Both the position numbers and the translations under genes were made by a program. From the NCBI GenBank assembly GCA_045612385.1, contig JAZKYZ010000022.1, positions 12,631 to 76,630 of the forward strand: a stretch of 64,000 bases of DNA, in the 5' to 3' direction. Below are positions 1-10,002 of the stretch, piece after piece. How positions within the stretch are numbered: the stretch's first letter is position 1; the number at the start of each line of letters is the position of its first letter. The stretch is from Eubacteriales bacterium (GTDB taxonomy: Bacteria; Bacillota; Clostridia; Oscillospirales; CAG-272). The notes beneath the pieces were generated by a model. It was given only the letters and a program-made list of their open reading frames with translations, had not been told where the DNA came from and did not search any database.

Positions 1-502
1 TCTTTCCGAAGTAGTGAAAATGGCTGTTACGCTGGACGATACATTTTTCCGTTTCCTTGAGGAATGTGAGATGACAAACGAGGAAATGGATGCCATACTC
101 TATCACAGTGTTTTATTGAAAGCGCGCGTGGTTGAAGAGGACGAGCGTGAAGGCGGGAAACGAAAATTATTGAATTTCGGTCATACCTTCGGTCACGCAA
201 TCGAAATGGCGCTTGGTGGCAAGTGGACACACGGAGAATGTGTCGCGCTCGGTATGCTCGCCTTTTCTTCTTCGAGTGTCAGGGAAAGACTGTTGTCGCT
301 CTACAAAAAAATGGAGTTTCCGATATCCCTTCCCATTAAGGCGGAAGATGTGGTCGACCTTCTTTCGCTTGATAAAAAACGAGATGGCGCATTCGTTGAT
401 GCTGTTTTTGTAGATGAAATTGGCTCGGGAAGCATCCAGAGGATTTCCCTTGACGAGATCAAAAAGATTTTCCTAAAAACTTACGAAGGAGACGTCGTAT
501 GA
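1..502 (+). CDS. aroB: 3-dehydroquinate synthase, C-terminal part (5' end outside window)
   Basis: Frame is open from the window edge. Motifs LLNFGHTFGHAIE and HGECVALGM are typical of AroB. The stop overlaps the next start (ATGA at 499-502). Confidence 0.85.
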   Translation, partial: LSEVVKMAVTLDDTFFRFLEECEMTNEEMDAILYHSVLLKARVVEEDEREGGKRKLLNFGHTFGHAIEMALGGKWTHGECVALGMLAFSSSSVRERLLSLYKKMEFPISLPIKAEDVVDLLSLDKKRDGAFVDAVFVDEIGSGSIQRISLDEIKKIFLKTYEGDVV

Positions 503-1596
503 AAAACACATTTGGCCAAGGACTTTCCCTGACAATATTCGGCGAGAGTCACGGCGAGGCTGTCGGTGTCGTGCTTGACGGAATTGCGCCCGGACTTGTG
601 GTGCGAGAAGAAAGCATCCGAACTGCCCTGAATAAGCGCCGTCCTGCCGGATCATACTCCACGTCGCGTGTAGAGACGGATCCTTTTCGTATTCTGTCCG
701 GTGTCAAAAACGGACTTACCACAGGCGCACCCATTGCCCTGATTGTTCCCAATGAAAATATAAAGAGCGAGGACTATACCGAGAGCTGTATTCCCCGACC
801 CTCGCACGCAGACTATCCTGCGCACGTGAAGTATCACGGCTTTGAGGATCGTGCCGGAGGGGGACACTTTTCGGGCAGATTGACGGCTCCTGTGGTCGCA
901 GTTTGCGCAATTTTAGAGGATGCCCTTCGTGAGAAGTTTGGCATTCAAATTGGCACACATATTCTCTCGCTTCACGATATAAAAGACCAGACAATGCAGG
1001 GTACTTCAGAAGAAGTGGAGGCGCTCTCCCTTCTCGCATTTCCTGTGCTCTCGCACGAGGCGGGAGAACAAATGAAGCAAGAAATTCTCCGTGCGAAGGA
1101 GGCTGGTGATAGCGTCGGTGGCGTATTGGAAAGCGCCATTATTGGCGTACCTGTCGGTCTTGGAGAGCCGTACTTTGATTCAGTGGAAAGCGTGCTTTCT
1201 CACCTCTTGTTTTCGATTGGTGGTGTCAAGGGCGTGGAATTTGGCGAGGGCTTTGCCCTAACACATAAATTCGGCTCTGAAGCGAATGACCCTTATGTGC
1301 TTCAGGATGGTAAGGTGACCTGCGCGAGCAACGCGAATGGTGGCATTTTAGGTGGTCTCACCAATGGTATGCCCATTATCGTGAAATGCGCCGTTAAGCC
1401 AACGCCTTCCATCCACAAGGCGCAAAAAAGCGTAAATCTCGATACAATGGAAGAGGTTTCCTTGCAAATCGAAGGACGACACGATGGCGCTATCGTGCAC
1501 CGAGCCGCCACTGTGGTCAATGCCCTTCTCGCTTTTGGTATCGCTGACCTTCTCGTTACCCGATATGGTACAGATGTGCTGCGCGAGGGTGTGTGA
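499..1596 (+). CDS. aroC: chorismate synthase
   Basis: N-terminus FGQGLSLTIFGESHGEAVGVVLDG, plus GGGHFSGR and GRHD motifs; about 365 aa, the expected size. Confidence 0.95.
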   Translation: MKNTFGQGLSLTIFGESHGEAVGVVLDGIAPGLVVREESIRTALNKRRPAGSYSTSRVETDPFRILSGVKNGLTTGAPIALIVPNENIKSEDYTESCIPRPSHADYPAHVKYHGFEDRAGGGHFSGRLTAPVVAVCAILEDALREKFGIQIGTHILSLHDIKDQTMQGTSEEVEALSLLAFPVLSHEAGEQMKQEILRAKEAGDSVGGVLESAIIGVPVGLGEPYFDSVESVLSHLLFSIGGVKGVEFGEGFALTHKFGSEANDPYVLQDGKVTCASNANGGILGGLTNGMPIIVKCAVKPTPSIHKAQKSVNLDTMEEVSLQIEGRHDGAIVHRAATVVNALLAFGIADLLVTRYGTDVLREGV

Positions 1597-2846
1597 TGCA
1601 ATACGGCTGTATTGGTGAAAAACTCTCGCACAGTTTTTCCGTAGAAATTCACGAGGCGTTAGGCTCGTACTCCTATACGCTTGAGGAACTCGCGCAAGGT
1701 GAGGTCAAGACCTTCCTTCAGCAGAGAAACTTTCAGGCGATTAATGTGACCATTCCATACAAAGAAACGGTGATTCCCTACCTCGACGAAATCGACGAGG
1801 TGGCAGAAGAAATCGGCGCAGTCAATACCATTGTCAATCGTGAGGGAAGGCTGATTGGATATAACACCGACTTTTACGGTTTATGCGCTCTCTTTTCGCA
1901 TATAGCGCTATCACCCTGTGGCAAAAAGGTAGCCATTCTCGGAACGGGGGGCACATCCAAGACGGCCTTTGCCGTAACTCGTTTTCTTGGGGCAAGGGAA
2001 ATCCTCGTTGTTTCACGCGCGCCAAGCGAGGGACAAATCAGTTATGAAACACTGACAAAGGAACACCCAGACACCGAAATTATCATCAACACGACTCCTG
2101 TCGGAATGTACCCAAACAGCGAAGGTTGTCCTCTTGCTTTAGATGGTTTTTCTTCCCTTTTTTTGGTGGTGGATGCCGTTTACAATCCTCTTTGCACAAC
2201 ACTTGTCAGGGAAGCAAAAAAACTTGGCATTTTGGCAGAGGGAGGACTCTATATGCTTGTTGCGCAGGCAGTCCGCGCAAGCGAACTCTTCTTGTCTATG
2301 ACCTACCCCGAAGCAACGATAGATCGTGTTTTTGATGAGATCGTGAAAAAGAAAGAAAATATCGTTCTTGTCGGTATGCCGACGAGTGGAAAAAGCACCG
2401 TAGGAAGGATGCTTTCCGTAGCAATGTCACGTCCATTTGTTGACACGGACGAGCTGTTTTATAAAAGATTCGGGATCTCTCCTGAAGAACATATAGAAAA
2501 ATACGGCGAGGAGAGTTTTCGCGAAAAGGAAAGTCTTATCTGCCGTGAGGTTTCCTCAAATCTTGGCTGTGTGATTGCGACAGGGGGAGGCGTTGTACTT
2601 CGTGAAGGCAACCTTCACGCTCTTTCGCAAAACGGAACCATCGTCTTTCTTGACCGTCCCTTAGAGGACCTCATCCCGTCTGACAGTCACCCTCTTTCCC
2701 GAACGCCGGAGGCGCTCGCAATGCGATATCACGAAAGGATCGACAAATATCTCTCCTTCGCCGACATTACGGTGCGTGGCTCGCATACGGCAGAGGAAAC
2801 CGTCAGGATTATATTAGATAGAATTCAACAGAGGAATTCCAAATGA
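1596..2846 (+). CDS. aroE: bifunctional shikimate dehydrogenase / shikimate kinase fusion
   Basis: N-terminal about 255 aa is AroE-like (IGEKLSHSFS, NVTIPYKE, GYNTD, ILGTGGTSK). The C-terminal about 160 aa carries a shikimate kinase P-loop (IVLVGMPTSGKSTVGR). The ATG at 1596 shares one base with the aroC TGA; a GTG at 1593 is also in frame. Confidence 0.85.
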   Translation: MQYGCIGEKLSHSFSVEIHEALGSYSYTLEELAQGEVKTFLQQRNFQAINVTIPYKETVIPYLDEIDEVAEEIGAVNTIVNREGRLIGYNTDFYGLCALFSHIALSPCGKKVAILGTGGTSKTAFAVTRFLGAREILVVSRAPSEGQISYETLTKEHPDTEIIINTTPVGMYPNSEGCPLALDGFSSLFLVVDAVYNPLCTTLVREAKKLGILAEGGLYMLVAQAVRASELFLSMTYPEATIDRVFDEIVKKKENIVLVGMPTSGKSTVGRMLSVAMSRPFVDTDELFYKRFGISPEEHIEKYGEESFREKESLICREVSSNLGCVIATGGGVVLREGNLHALSQNGTIVFLDRPLEDLIPSDSHPLSRTPEALAMRYHERIDKYLSFADITVRGSHTAEETVRIILDRIQQRNSK

Positions 2847-3289
2847 AATTGTTTATCATCAACGGACCGAACCTGAATATGCTCGGCATCCGTGAACCAG
2901 AACTTTACGGCTCACAAACCTATTCCGACCTCCTATCGAAAATTGTCGAGTATGCAAAGGCGAAGCAAATCGCCGTCGAGTGTTATCAATCCAACCACGA
3001 GGGTGACCTTGTGGACTATATTCAAAAGGCATATTTTGAAGGAGCAGACGGCATTGTGATCAATCCCGGAGCATATACGCATACCTCAATCGCGCTTCTG
3101 GATGCGATTTTGGCAGTATCTCTGCCTGTGGTAGAGGTACATATTTCCGACCTCTCGGAGCGTGAGGATTTTCGCAAGGTGAGTTACATTCGCACATCGT
3201 GTGTCGCAAGCATTATCGGACACGGCACAAAGGGTTATTTAGAAGCCATAGATACCCTTTGCGCGCATTTGGGGGTGGAACGGGCGTGA
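2843..3289 (+). CDS. aroQ: type II 3-dehydroquinate dehydratase
   Basis: MKLFIINGPNLNMLGIREPELYG and HISDLSEREDFR motifs; ATGA overlap with the upstream gene. Confidence 0.95.
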   Translation: MKLFIINGPNLNMLGIREPELYGSQTYSDLLSKIVEYAKAKQIAVECYQSNHEGDLVDYIQKAYFEGADGIVINPGAYTHTSIALLDAILAVSLPVVEVHISDLSEREDFRKVSYIRTSCVASIIGHGTKGYLEAIDTLCAHLGVERA

Positions 3290-4506
3290 CGTATACCATA
3301 CTTCCCTCCTTTGCCAGAGGACACATAGATGCCCCAAAAAGCAAAAGCATTTCGCACCGTGTGGCGATTCTTTCGGCATTTGCAAATGGCACAAGTCAAA
3401 TACGTGGCATATCTATGTGCGAGGATGTGAAGGCGACGCTTTCCTCTCTCTCCACGCTTGGGGTGCATTTTGAGAGGACGGAAGATTGCCTGACGGTATC
3501 GGGAAAGGATATTTTTTCGTGCGAGCCGAGCGCTCCCTTATCGGTAGGCGCAAGCGCAAGCACCCTGCGTTTTCTCATTCCTCTCGCTCTTCTTTTAAAA
3601 TGCGAGATGACCTTTGTAGGAGAACCTTCGCTCTTTTGCCGTCCACTTACCGTTTATGAGGAACTATTCGCATCCCTTCGCTGTCCCTTTCGTGTGGAAG
3701 AGAACCGTTTACATGTAAATACGAGCGCTTTCGGAGAACTTCCCGAAGTCCTGCAAGTGGACGCCGACATCTCCAGCCAATTCATTACGGGACTGCTTTT
3801 CCTGTACGCCCTCTCGGGTGGTGGCAAAATTGTCCTTTCCAAAAAAGTGGCATCTCGCCCATACATTGACCTTACCCTATACACCCTATCGCTCTTTGGC
3901 GTACGTGCTTTTTTTGAAGGAGAGCATACCATTGTTATCCCAAAGGGACAAAAACTCGTTTCGTCCACAATGGATGTGGAAGGGGACGATTCCGGTAGTG
4001 CCTATGTCGAAGCGCTCAATCTTCTCGGTGGCGAGGTGACAATCGGTGGACTACCGAAGAGCACGTTTCAAGGGGACCATATCTATCACGAACTTTTCCC
4101 CCTGTTAGAAAAGGGAGCGCCTGTTTTAGATATTGTGGCCTGCCCAGACCTTGCGCCTATACTGATGGCTTTGGCATCTCATTTTCACGGCGCTACCCTT
4201 CTTTCGACCGACCGTCTTAAAATCAAGGAAAGCGATCGCGCGACAGCAATGGCAACGGAGCTTTCAAAGTTTGGCGCAAATATTGAACTTTGCCAAAACA
4301 AAATTGTCATTCATCCGTCCAATTTGCATTCGCCGACCGAGAAACTCAACGGACACAGAGATCACCGAATTGTGATGGCGCTTTCTGTTCTCTTGACAAG
4401 ATACGGTGGACAAATTACAGACGGAGAAGCCGTAGCAAAAAGCTATCCTCAATTTTTCCAAGATTTACAAAGGCTCGGTATTGAGATACATTCCGAGAGG
4501 AGATAA
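3286..4506 (+). CDS. aroA: 3-phosphoshikimate 1-carboxyvinyltransferase (EPSP synthase)
   Basis: KSISHRVAILSAF, GASASTLRFL and DHRIVMA motifs. The likely start is the GTG at 3286 overlapping the aroQ stop (GTGA). The longer track ORF from 3199 lies inside aroQ. Confidence 0.9.
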   Translation: MTYTILPSFARGHIDAPKSKSISHRVAILSAFANGTSQIRGISMCEDVKATLSSLSTLGVHFERTEDCLTVSGKDIFSCEPSAPLSVGASASTLRFLIPLALLLKCEMTFVGEPSLFCRPLTVYEELFASLRCPFRVEENRLHVNTSAFGELPEVLQVDADISSQFITGLLFLYALSGGGKIVLSKKVASRPYIDLTLYTLSLFGVRAFFEGEHTIVIPKGQKLVSSTMDVEGDDSGSAYVEALNLLGGEVTIGGLPKSTFQGDHIYHELFPLLEKGAPVLDIVACPDLAPILMALASHFHGATLLSTDRLKIKESDRATAMATELSKFGANIELCQNKIVIHPSNLHSPTEKLNGHRDHRIVMALSVLLTRYGGQITDGEAVAKSYPQFFQDLQRLGIEIHSERR

Positions 4507-4534
4507 CACCTTATTTGAAGAAAGGAGATATCTT

Positions 4535-5566
4535 ATGAATATGAATTTTCATCGCAAATTGCCAATTCCTATGGAAATCAAACAGCAATATCCTGTGACG
4601 GTTCGTGGCAAGCGCGCGCTCGCTCGCACGCTGGAGGAGGAGAAGGCGATTTTGGCAGGCGCATCCGAAAAGATGCTACTCGTTATCGGCCCCTGCTCTG
4701 CTGACCGTGAAGATGCTTTTATGGAATACATCACACGCCTTGCCAAAGTCAGTGAGCAAGTGCGAGAAAAACTGTTGATTATTCCAAGACTTTACACCAA
4801 CAAGCCACGTACCACAGGCGAAGGCTATAAGGGAATGCTTCACCAGCCAGACCCGTCTGGAGCGCCTGACCTGTTGCGTGGATTGATTGCCATTCGTCGA
4901 CTGCATATTCGAGCGCTGGAGGAAACCGGACTTGCTTGCGCAGATGAAATGCTGTATCCTGAAAACCACCGTTACCTATCTGATGTCATCGGTTATGTAA
5001 CCATTGGCGCAAGATCGGTGGAGGACCAGCAACACCGTCTGACGGCAAGTGGTTTGGATGTCCCTGTCGGTATGAAAAACCCAACCAGTGGTGACATTCA
5101 GGTGATGATGAATGCCATTCACTGCGCCCAGATGTCACACGTATTTTGCTATCGTGGCTGGGAGGTCGACACACTCGGCAACCCCTACACTCACGCCATA
5201 TTGCGTGGCTATGTAGATGCCTACGGGAAGAATTATCCCAATTACCACTACGAAGATCTTGAAAATTTAGCATCCCTGTATTTTGAAAGTGGGCTTGCCA
5301 ACCCTGCACTGATTGTAGACGTGAACCATTCAAACTCGGGAAAGCAATATTCCGAGCAACCAAGAATTGCCAAAGAAATATTAGAGAGCTGTCGTCGCAG
5401 TGACAATATTCGTCGTCTTGTCAAGGGACTGATGATTGAAAGTTACCTGGAAGATGGCTCGCAGATCATTGGCGAGAGTGATGTCTATGGCAGATCCATT
5501 ACCGACCCCTGTCTTGGCTGGGAAAAAACCGAGCGTCTGATTTATGAAATCGCAGATGCACTTTGA
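4535..5566 (+). CDS. aroG: 3-deoxy-7-phosphoheptulonate (DAHP) synthase, class I-alpha-like
   Basis: LLVIGPCSADRED, TNKPRTTGEGYKGML and VDVNHSNSGK motifs. RBS AAAGGAGA lies upstream of the ATG at 4535. Confidence 0.85.
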   Translation: MNMNFHRKLPIPMEIKQQYPVTVRGKRALARTLEEEKAILAGASEKMLLVIGPCSADREDAFMEYITRLAKVSEQVREKLLIIPRLYTNKPRTTGEGYKGMLHQPDPSGAPDLLRGLIAIRRLHIRALEETGLACADEMLYPENHRYLSDVIGYVTIGARSVEDQQHRLTASGLDVPVGMKNPTSGDIQVMMNAIHCAQMSHVFCYRGWEVDTLGNPYTHAILRGYVDAYGKNYPNYHYEDLENLASLYFESGLANPALIVDVNHSNSGKQYSEQPRIAKEILESCRRSDNIRRLVKGLMIESYLEDGSQIIGESDVYGRSITDPCLGWEKTERLIYEIADAL

Positions 5567-5584
5567 TATCTAAAGGAGATTTAT

Positions 5585-6334
5585 ATGAATTATCAAATTA
5601 ATTTTGGTCTGTACTACTCGATGTACGAAAGCGTTGGAAAGGGGCCGTTCTGGCTTTGGCTTGTATTCTTACTTTTGTCGATTATTGTCGCATACCTGCT
5701 CGGTAGCATCAACTCGGCGATTATCATTTCCAAAGTCTTTTACGGTGACGATATCCGTAAACACGGAAGTGGCAATGCCGGCACGACAAATATGCTCCGT
5801 ACCTATGGAAAAAAGGCGGCGCTATTTACCCTGATTTTCGATATGCTCAAAACCGTGCTCGCCATTGGATTTTGTGGCTTCTTGCTTGGCTTTTATTATG
5901 TTCCAGGCGCAATATCTGTTTCCGAAGTCTGCTATATCGCAGGATTGTTCGCCGTTATCGGTCACGTGTTCCCCATTTACTATCAAGGCAAGGGGGGCAA
6001 GGGCGTGCTCTGCGCTGCAACAATGGGCTTGATGCTCTCTCCTATCGTATTTGCCATTTTGATTTCATTATTTATTCTCATTGTCGCGCTGACAAAATAC
6101 GTTTCTCTCGGCTCTGTGGTTTCCATCGGACTTTATCCGGTCGCAATGCGTGGTTTTATGGCTGTGCTTTATCCTGAAAGACCGATGTCGGGATTGATTT
6201 CCTTGTCTGCGATTATCCTTGCGCTTTTGATTATTTATTGCCACCGTTCCAACCTCAAACGAATTATGGATCGTACGGAAAACCGTATTTCCTTTAAAAA
6301 GAAATCCGAAGATCCCGAAGAAAGCGAAGAATAA
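5585..6334 (+). CDS. plsY: glycerol-3-phosphate acyltransferase PlsY
   Basis: GSINSAIIISK...HGSGNAGTTNMLR and GGKGV motifs; polytopic membrane profile. Confidence 0.9.
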   Translation: MNYQINFGLYYSMYESVGKGPFWLWLVFLLLSIIVAYLLGSINSAIIISKVFYGDDIRKHGSGNAGTTNMLRTYGKKAALFTLIFDMLKTVLAIGFCGFLLGFYYVPGAISVSEVCYIAGLFAVIGHVFPIYYQGKGGKGVLCAATMGLMLSPIVFAILISLFILIVALTKYVSLGSVVSIGLYPVAMRGFMAVLYPERPMSGLISLSAIILALLIIYCHRSNLKRIMDRTENRISFKKKSEDPEESEE

Positions 6335-6336
6335 AA

Positions 6337-7509
6337 ATGATGAAACAAAGGTTTCTCGACCTCGTGCGTCGCACTTCAGCGCGCGAGGTAATGCGCAAGC
6401 TTGTCTTTTCGCGCCCCTTCAGCAAAGAAGGCCCAACGAAAGTAAGCTGTCGCGCCGTCTGTCACCGTTCCCAGCGTTTTTTTAGTTTGGAATACACCAT
6501 AGGGGATACTGTGTCACAGAAAAATGTGAAATTTGAAGAAGGGTATTCCCTCTTTCAAACCCTTCTCGACACCTACCAACAGGTCAACCTGATTACCTCG
6601 CTCGGTGATGTCGAATACAAGGTATCAAAATCGGGCAAATGCGTCCTGCTCGGTGATGGAGCGCTGGAGAAAAAGCTTTCCGGCGACCTCACAGGCTTTG
6701 CGATTGCCCCAGAAAGCCTGCAAAGGCAAAAGAACTACATTCTGAAGGGGGACGAGCCATTTTTATATGTGCTTGGTATCTCCGACAAAAGTGGACGCGT
6801 CCACGACAAAAAGCAAGGAAAATTCCGTCAGATTAACCGTTTTCTGGAATACTTTAATCAGGTATATGAAAACCTCCCCAAAGAAGGAACACTCACCATA
6901 TACGACCTGTGTTCAGGAAAAAGTTACCTTTCCTTTGCCGTATATCATCACCTGACAAATAACCTGCACAGAACGGTAAATCTTCTCGCTATTGACCTTA
7001 AGGCAGATGTGATTTCTGCGTGCGAGGGATATGCCAAAGAGGTGGGCTTTTCGGGAATGCATTTCCTCTGTGATGACGTAAAAAACACACCGAAGGACAT
7101 CTCGCCCGATCTGGTGATTTCTCTGCACGCCTGTGATGTCGCAACGGATATTGTGCTCGCCTGTGCCGTATCTCTCTCGGCAAAGGTGATTCTCTCTACC
7201 CCCTGCTGTCACAGGGAATTATCTCGTAAAATTGCGTGCGCCCCCCTCGCCTTTGCCACAAAGTTTGGCAAACTCTCCGACAAGATATGCGAGGGACTGA
7301 CAGACGGACTTCGTCTGCTGTATCTTGAGGGGTATGGTTATACGACAAATGCCTACGAACTTGTGGACCCTGAAGATACGCCAAAGAACACGCTCCTGGT
7401 TGCCGTAAAGAAAAAGAAAGAGGACGAGAAAAAGAAAAAAGAGTATTACGATACCCTTCATTTTTTGCTCGGTGACGGATCCACTTCCTATCTTAAAGGC
7501 ATAATTTGA
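6337..7509 (+). CDS. SAM-dependent methyltransferase family protein
   Basis: Class I methyltransferase motif I (IYDLCSGKSYLSF) and a downstream ISLHACDVATD motif; specific substrate unknown. Confidence 0.6.
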   Translation: MMKQRFLDLVRRTSAREVMRKLVFSRPFSKEGPTKVSCRAVCHRSQRFFSLEYTIGDTVSQKNVKFEEGYSLFQTLLDTYQQVNLITSLGDVEYKVSKSGKCVLLGDGALEKKLSGDLTGFAIAPESLQRQKNYILKGDEPFLYVLGISDKSGRVHDKKQGKFRQINRFLEYFNQVYENLPKEGTLTIYDLCSGKSYLSFAVYHHLTNNLHRTVNLLAIDLKADVISACEGYAKEVGFSGMHFLCDDVKNTPKDISPDLVISLHACDVATDIVLACAVSLSAKVILSTPCCHRELSRKIACAPLAFATKFGKLSDKICEGLTDGLRLLYLEGYGYTTNAYELVDPEDTPKNTLLVAVKKKKEDEKKKKEYYDTLHFLLGDGSTSYLKGII

Positions 7510-7536
7510 CAATAATTGTTTACAATAAGGACATAT

Positions 7537-7986
7537 ATGGATAACACAATTCTGACTTATTCTCCGAGCGATACCGAAGATGTCGGCTATCAAATGGCGA
7601 CGGCTCTAAAAGAAAAGAGGACGTTTGCTCACATTCGCCTTTATGGGGAAATGGGAGTAGGAAAGACAGCCTTTGTTCGTGGCTTTTGCCGAGCGTTTGG
7701 CATTTCGGGGGTAAAAAGCCCGACATACACAATGGTAAATGAATATCGTGGTGAGTGTCGAGTTTATCATTTCGATATGGTAAGAATCTCCTCAGAGGAC
7801 GATTTATACTCCATCGGCTTTGATGATTACACAGCCGACGAGCGTGCTTTTTTGCTATTCGAGTGGACGGAAAATATTGATGCATATCTCGGGAACGGGG
7901 GCATTTTTGTTACCATCTCTCGCACAGCAGAAAACGAAAACGCAAGAGAGATTACAATTCGTGTGGGTGATGGCTACACGGTATAG
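7537..7986 (+). CDS. tsaE: tRNA t6A37 biosynthesis ATPase TsaE
   Basis: LYGEMGVGKTAFVRG P-loop, SPTYTMVNEY and YHFDMVR motifs. The ATG at 7537 follows AAGGA; the track start at 7516 is a TTG. Confidence 0.85.
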   Translation: MDNTILTYSPSDTEDVGYQMATALKEKRTFAHIRLYGEMGVGKTAFVRGFCRAFGISGVKSPTYTMVNEYRGECRVYHFDMVRISSEDDLYSIGFDDYTADERAFLLFEWTENIDAYLGNGGIFVTISRTAENENAREITIRVGDGYTV

Positions 7987-7994
7987 GTGATGAT

Positions 7995-8714
7995 ATGAAG
8001 ATTTTAGCATTTGAAAGCAGCGCCAAAACGGCATCCGTCGCCCTCTCGGACGACGGCAGACTTCTTGCCTCTATGACCGTAGATGCCGGTCTGACACACA
8101 GTGAAATTCTTTTGCCGATGGCAGAGGACATATTAAAAGAAGCGAAGGTTTCCTTTGATGAGATTGACGGTTATGCCGTCACAACGGGGCCAGGTAGCTT
8201 TACCGGAATCCGAATCGGAGTAGCAACGGTCAAGGGGCTCGCCTTTGGTCGTGAGAAGCCTTGCTTCGGCATTTCCTCCCTGATGGGACTCGCATACAAT
8301 CTCAAGGGACTTCGTGGAATCTTTGTCCCGGTAATGGACTCTCGGCGAAACGAATGTTATACGGCAATTTTTTCGTCCGACGGCGAGAAAATTGTCAGGC
8401 TATGCGAGGATACGCAGATGCGTATTGTGGACCTCGCCCCGATTCTTTCCCAGTATTCAAATACTCCCATTTACCTGGTCGGAGATGCCTATGAGAAGGC
8501 AAAGTCCCTTCTCACCCCTCTGGGAATATTGACAGAGGTCACCCCTCCCGCTATGCGTCTTGCCAGTGCGACATCTCTTTTATGGATTGCGCAAGAGGGC
8601 ATAGCAACGGGACAATATCAAAATGACAGCGAGCTGACGGCAGTATATCTGAAGCCTGCCCAAGCAGAGCGCGAACGATTGGAAAAAGAAAAACAAACAC
8701 AAGGAGAAATATAA
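7995..8714 (+). CDS. tsaB: tRNA t6A37 biosynthesis protein TsaB
   Basis: MKILAFESS... and GPGSFTGIRIGVATVKGLA motifs; adjacent to tsaE. Confidence 0.85.
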   Translation: MKILAFESSAKTASVALSDDGRLLASMTVDAGLTHSEILLPMAEDILKEAKVSFDEIDGYAVTTGPGSFTGIRIGVATVKGLAFGREKPCFGISSLMGLAYNLKGLRGIFVPVMDSRRNECYTAIFSSDGEKIVRLCEDTQMRIVDLAPILSQYSNTPIYLVGDAYEKAKSLLTPLGILTEVTPPAMRLASATSLLWIAQEGIATGQYQNDSELTAVYLKPAQAERERLEKEKQTQGEI

Positions 8715-8715
8715 A

Positions 8716-9168
8716 ATGCGTAAAATTTACATTGGCGCAGACAGCGCAGGCTACCCTCTCAAGGAGGAAGTCAAGGAATACCTGATAGCAAAGGGCTATG
8801 AGGTTGTCGATTGTGGTACCGACTCCACAGCATCCTGCCACTATCCTGTTTTCGCAAGCGCTGTGGCGAGTGAGGTACAAAAGGCGCCGAACGAGGTATT
8901 CGGTATTCTTATCTGTGGTACGGGTATCGGTATGAGTATGTGCGCCAACAAATACAACGGTGTTCGCGCAGCGTGCTGTGGCGATACCTACTCTGCAAAA
9001 ATGACACGCGCGCACAATGATGCAAACGTCCTCTGTATGGGCGCAAGAGTCACCGGCTCCTGCCTTGCTTTAGATATTCTCGACGCCTTTTTGTCAGCAG
9101 AATATGAGGGTGGACGTCATTCAATTCGTGTCGGTATGATGGAAGAAATTGAGCAGAAGCAGAAATAA
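8716..9168 (+). CDS. rpiB: ribose-5-phosphate isomerase B
   Basis: IYIGADSAGYPLKE and ILICGTGIGMSMCANK motifs; 150 aa. Confidence 0.9.
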   Translation: MRKIYIGADSAGYPLKEEVKEYLIAKGYEVVDCGTDSTASCHYPVFASAVASEVQKAPNEVFGILICGTGIGMSMCANKYNGVRAACCGDTYSAKMTRAHNDANVLCMGARVTGSCLALDILDAFLSAEYEGGRHSIRVGMMEEIEQKQK

Positions 9169-9170
9169 TA

Positions 9171-9896
9171 TTATCCCGCAGGGAACAATTCTGTAATGCT
9201 GATGCGAGAGGTATGCTCCATAAGAAGCTCCTCCGTCATTTTTGAAAGTTCCTTTCCAAATTCACATAGAAACAAAAGTTGTGATACGGCTTGTGTATCT
9301 GCCTCATCAATGGCAAGGATGAAGGAATAGCACTCACAGCTCGTATGTAGGTTTTCTGTGCGATAAAGGCATAAAGAGGAGAGTTTTCTTGGAAGATGCT
9401 CGCATTCGGGGTTCTCCGTTTTACTCTCGGAGTGAAAAAAGAGATCATATACCTCTTTGGGCAATGTATGCTCACCGAGTGTCGTGGAATGCTCTGTCAC
9501 AATGTTATGCTCAACGGATGGATGATGCCCCTCCTCCTCTATGCCTTCGCCTGCCAGCGGACTTACTGTTTTGCTTTTTGCAAGCACATAAAGCGCGAAG
9601 GCAAGATGCTCCGCTGACTCAAATCCATAATAACGAAACGTGGACTTCCCTGTCCTTTTCTCCATAATTGGCTCCCCACTCACAAAAATATCGTATGAGC
9701 CATCCATTTTCGGATAGGTCTCTACGAGAAGTTTTTCCCACCCCTCGCCTTCCATCTGGCTTTTCAGCAAACGGCGAACGGTGGCGCATAAGTCCTTATT
9801 TGAAATTGTCCTGCCCCGACCGAGTCCGTATAACTGCGCCTCTTCAGCTGTCAGGGTCAGTTTCCATTTTCCCTCACGTATCTTTAAAATTTTCAT
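9171..9896 (-). CDS. MecA-like adaptor protein (tentative)
   Basis: The N-terminus (MKILKIREGKWKLTLTAEEAQLYGL) and C-terminal pattern (LYR..YSFILAI...LCEFGKEL...LMEH) resemble the MecA layout as I recall it. Weak similarity only. Confidence 0.4.
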   Translation of the reverse strand: MKILKIREGKWKLTLTAEEAQLYGLGRGRTISNKDLCATVRRLLKSQMEGEGWEKLLVETYPKMDGSYDIFVSGEPIMEKRTGKSTFRYYGFESAEHLAFALYVLAKSKTVSPLAGEGIEEEGHHPSVEHNIVTEHSTTLGEHTLPKEVYDLFFHSESKTENPECEHLPRKLSSLCLYRTENLHTSCECYSFILAIDEADTQAVSQLLFLCEFGKELSKMTEELLMEHTSRISITELFPAG

Positions 9897-9947
9897 AACA
9901 CCCCTCCTTTTTGTATTATACGAAAAAAAGGAATTGGGTGTGAATAT

Positions 9948-9990
9948 GGTGAGTTCGTGACCTTCCTCACCTAAAACAAAACTAAAGGAG
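9948..9990 (+). promoter_or_regulatory. preQ1-I riboswitch
   Basis: Stem GGUGAG/CUCACC is followed by the A-rich tail UAAAACAAAACUAAAGGAG. The loop CCUU can pair with the AAGG of the SD. It sits directly upstream of queT. Confidence 0.8.
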
Positions 9991-10002
9991 TTTACTTAAA
10001 AA

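Noticed and set aside
3199-3285. Longer track start for aroA at 3199. Similar upstream extensions apply to the DAHP synthase, tsaE, rplJ, dxr, cdsA, rpmB, spoVG, the antiporter and the TerD-fusion gene.
   Set aside because: The extensions overlap upstream genes or leaders and lack an RBS. Internal ATG/GTG/TTG codons with good SD sequences give family-typical N-termini.
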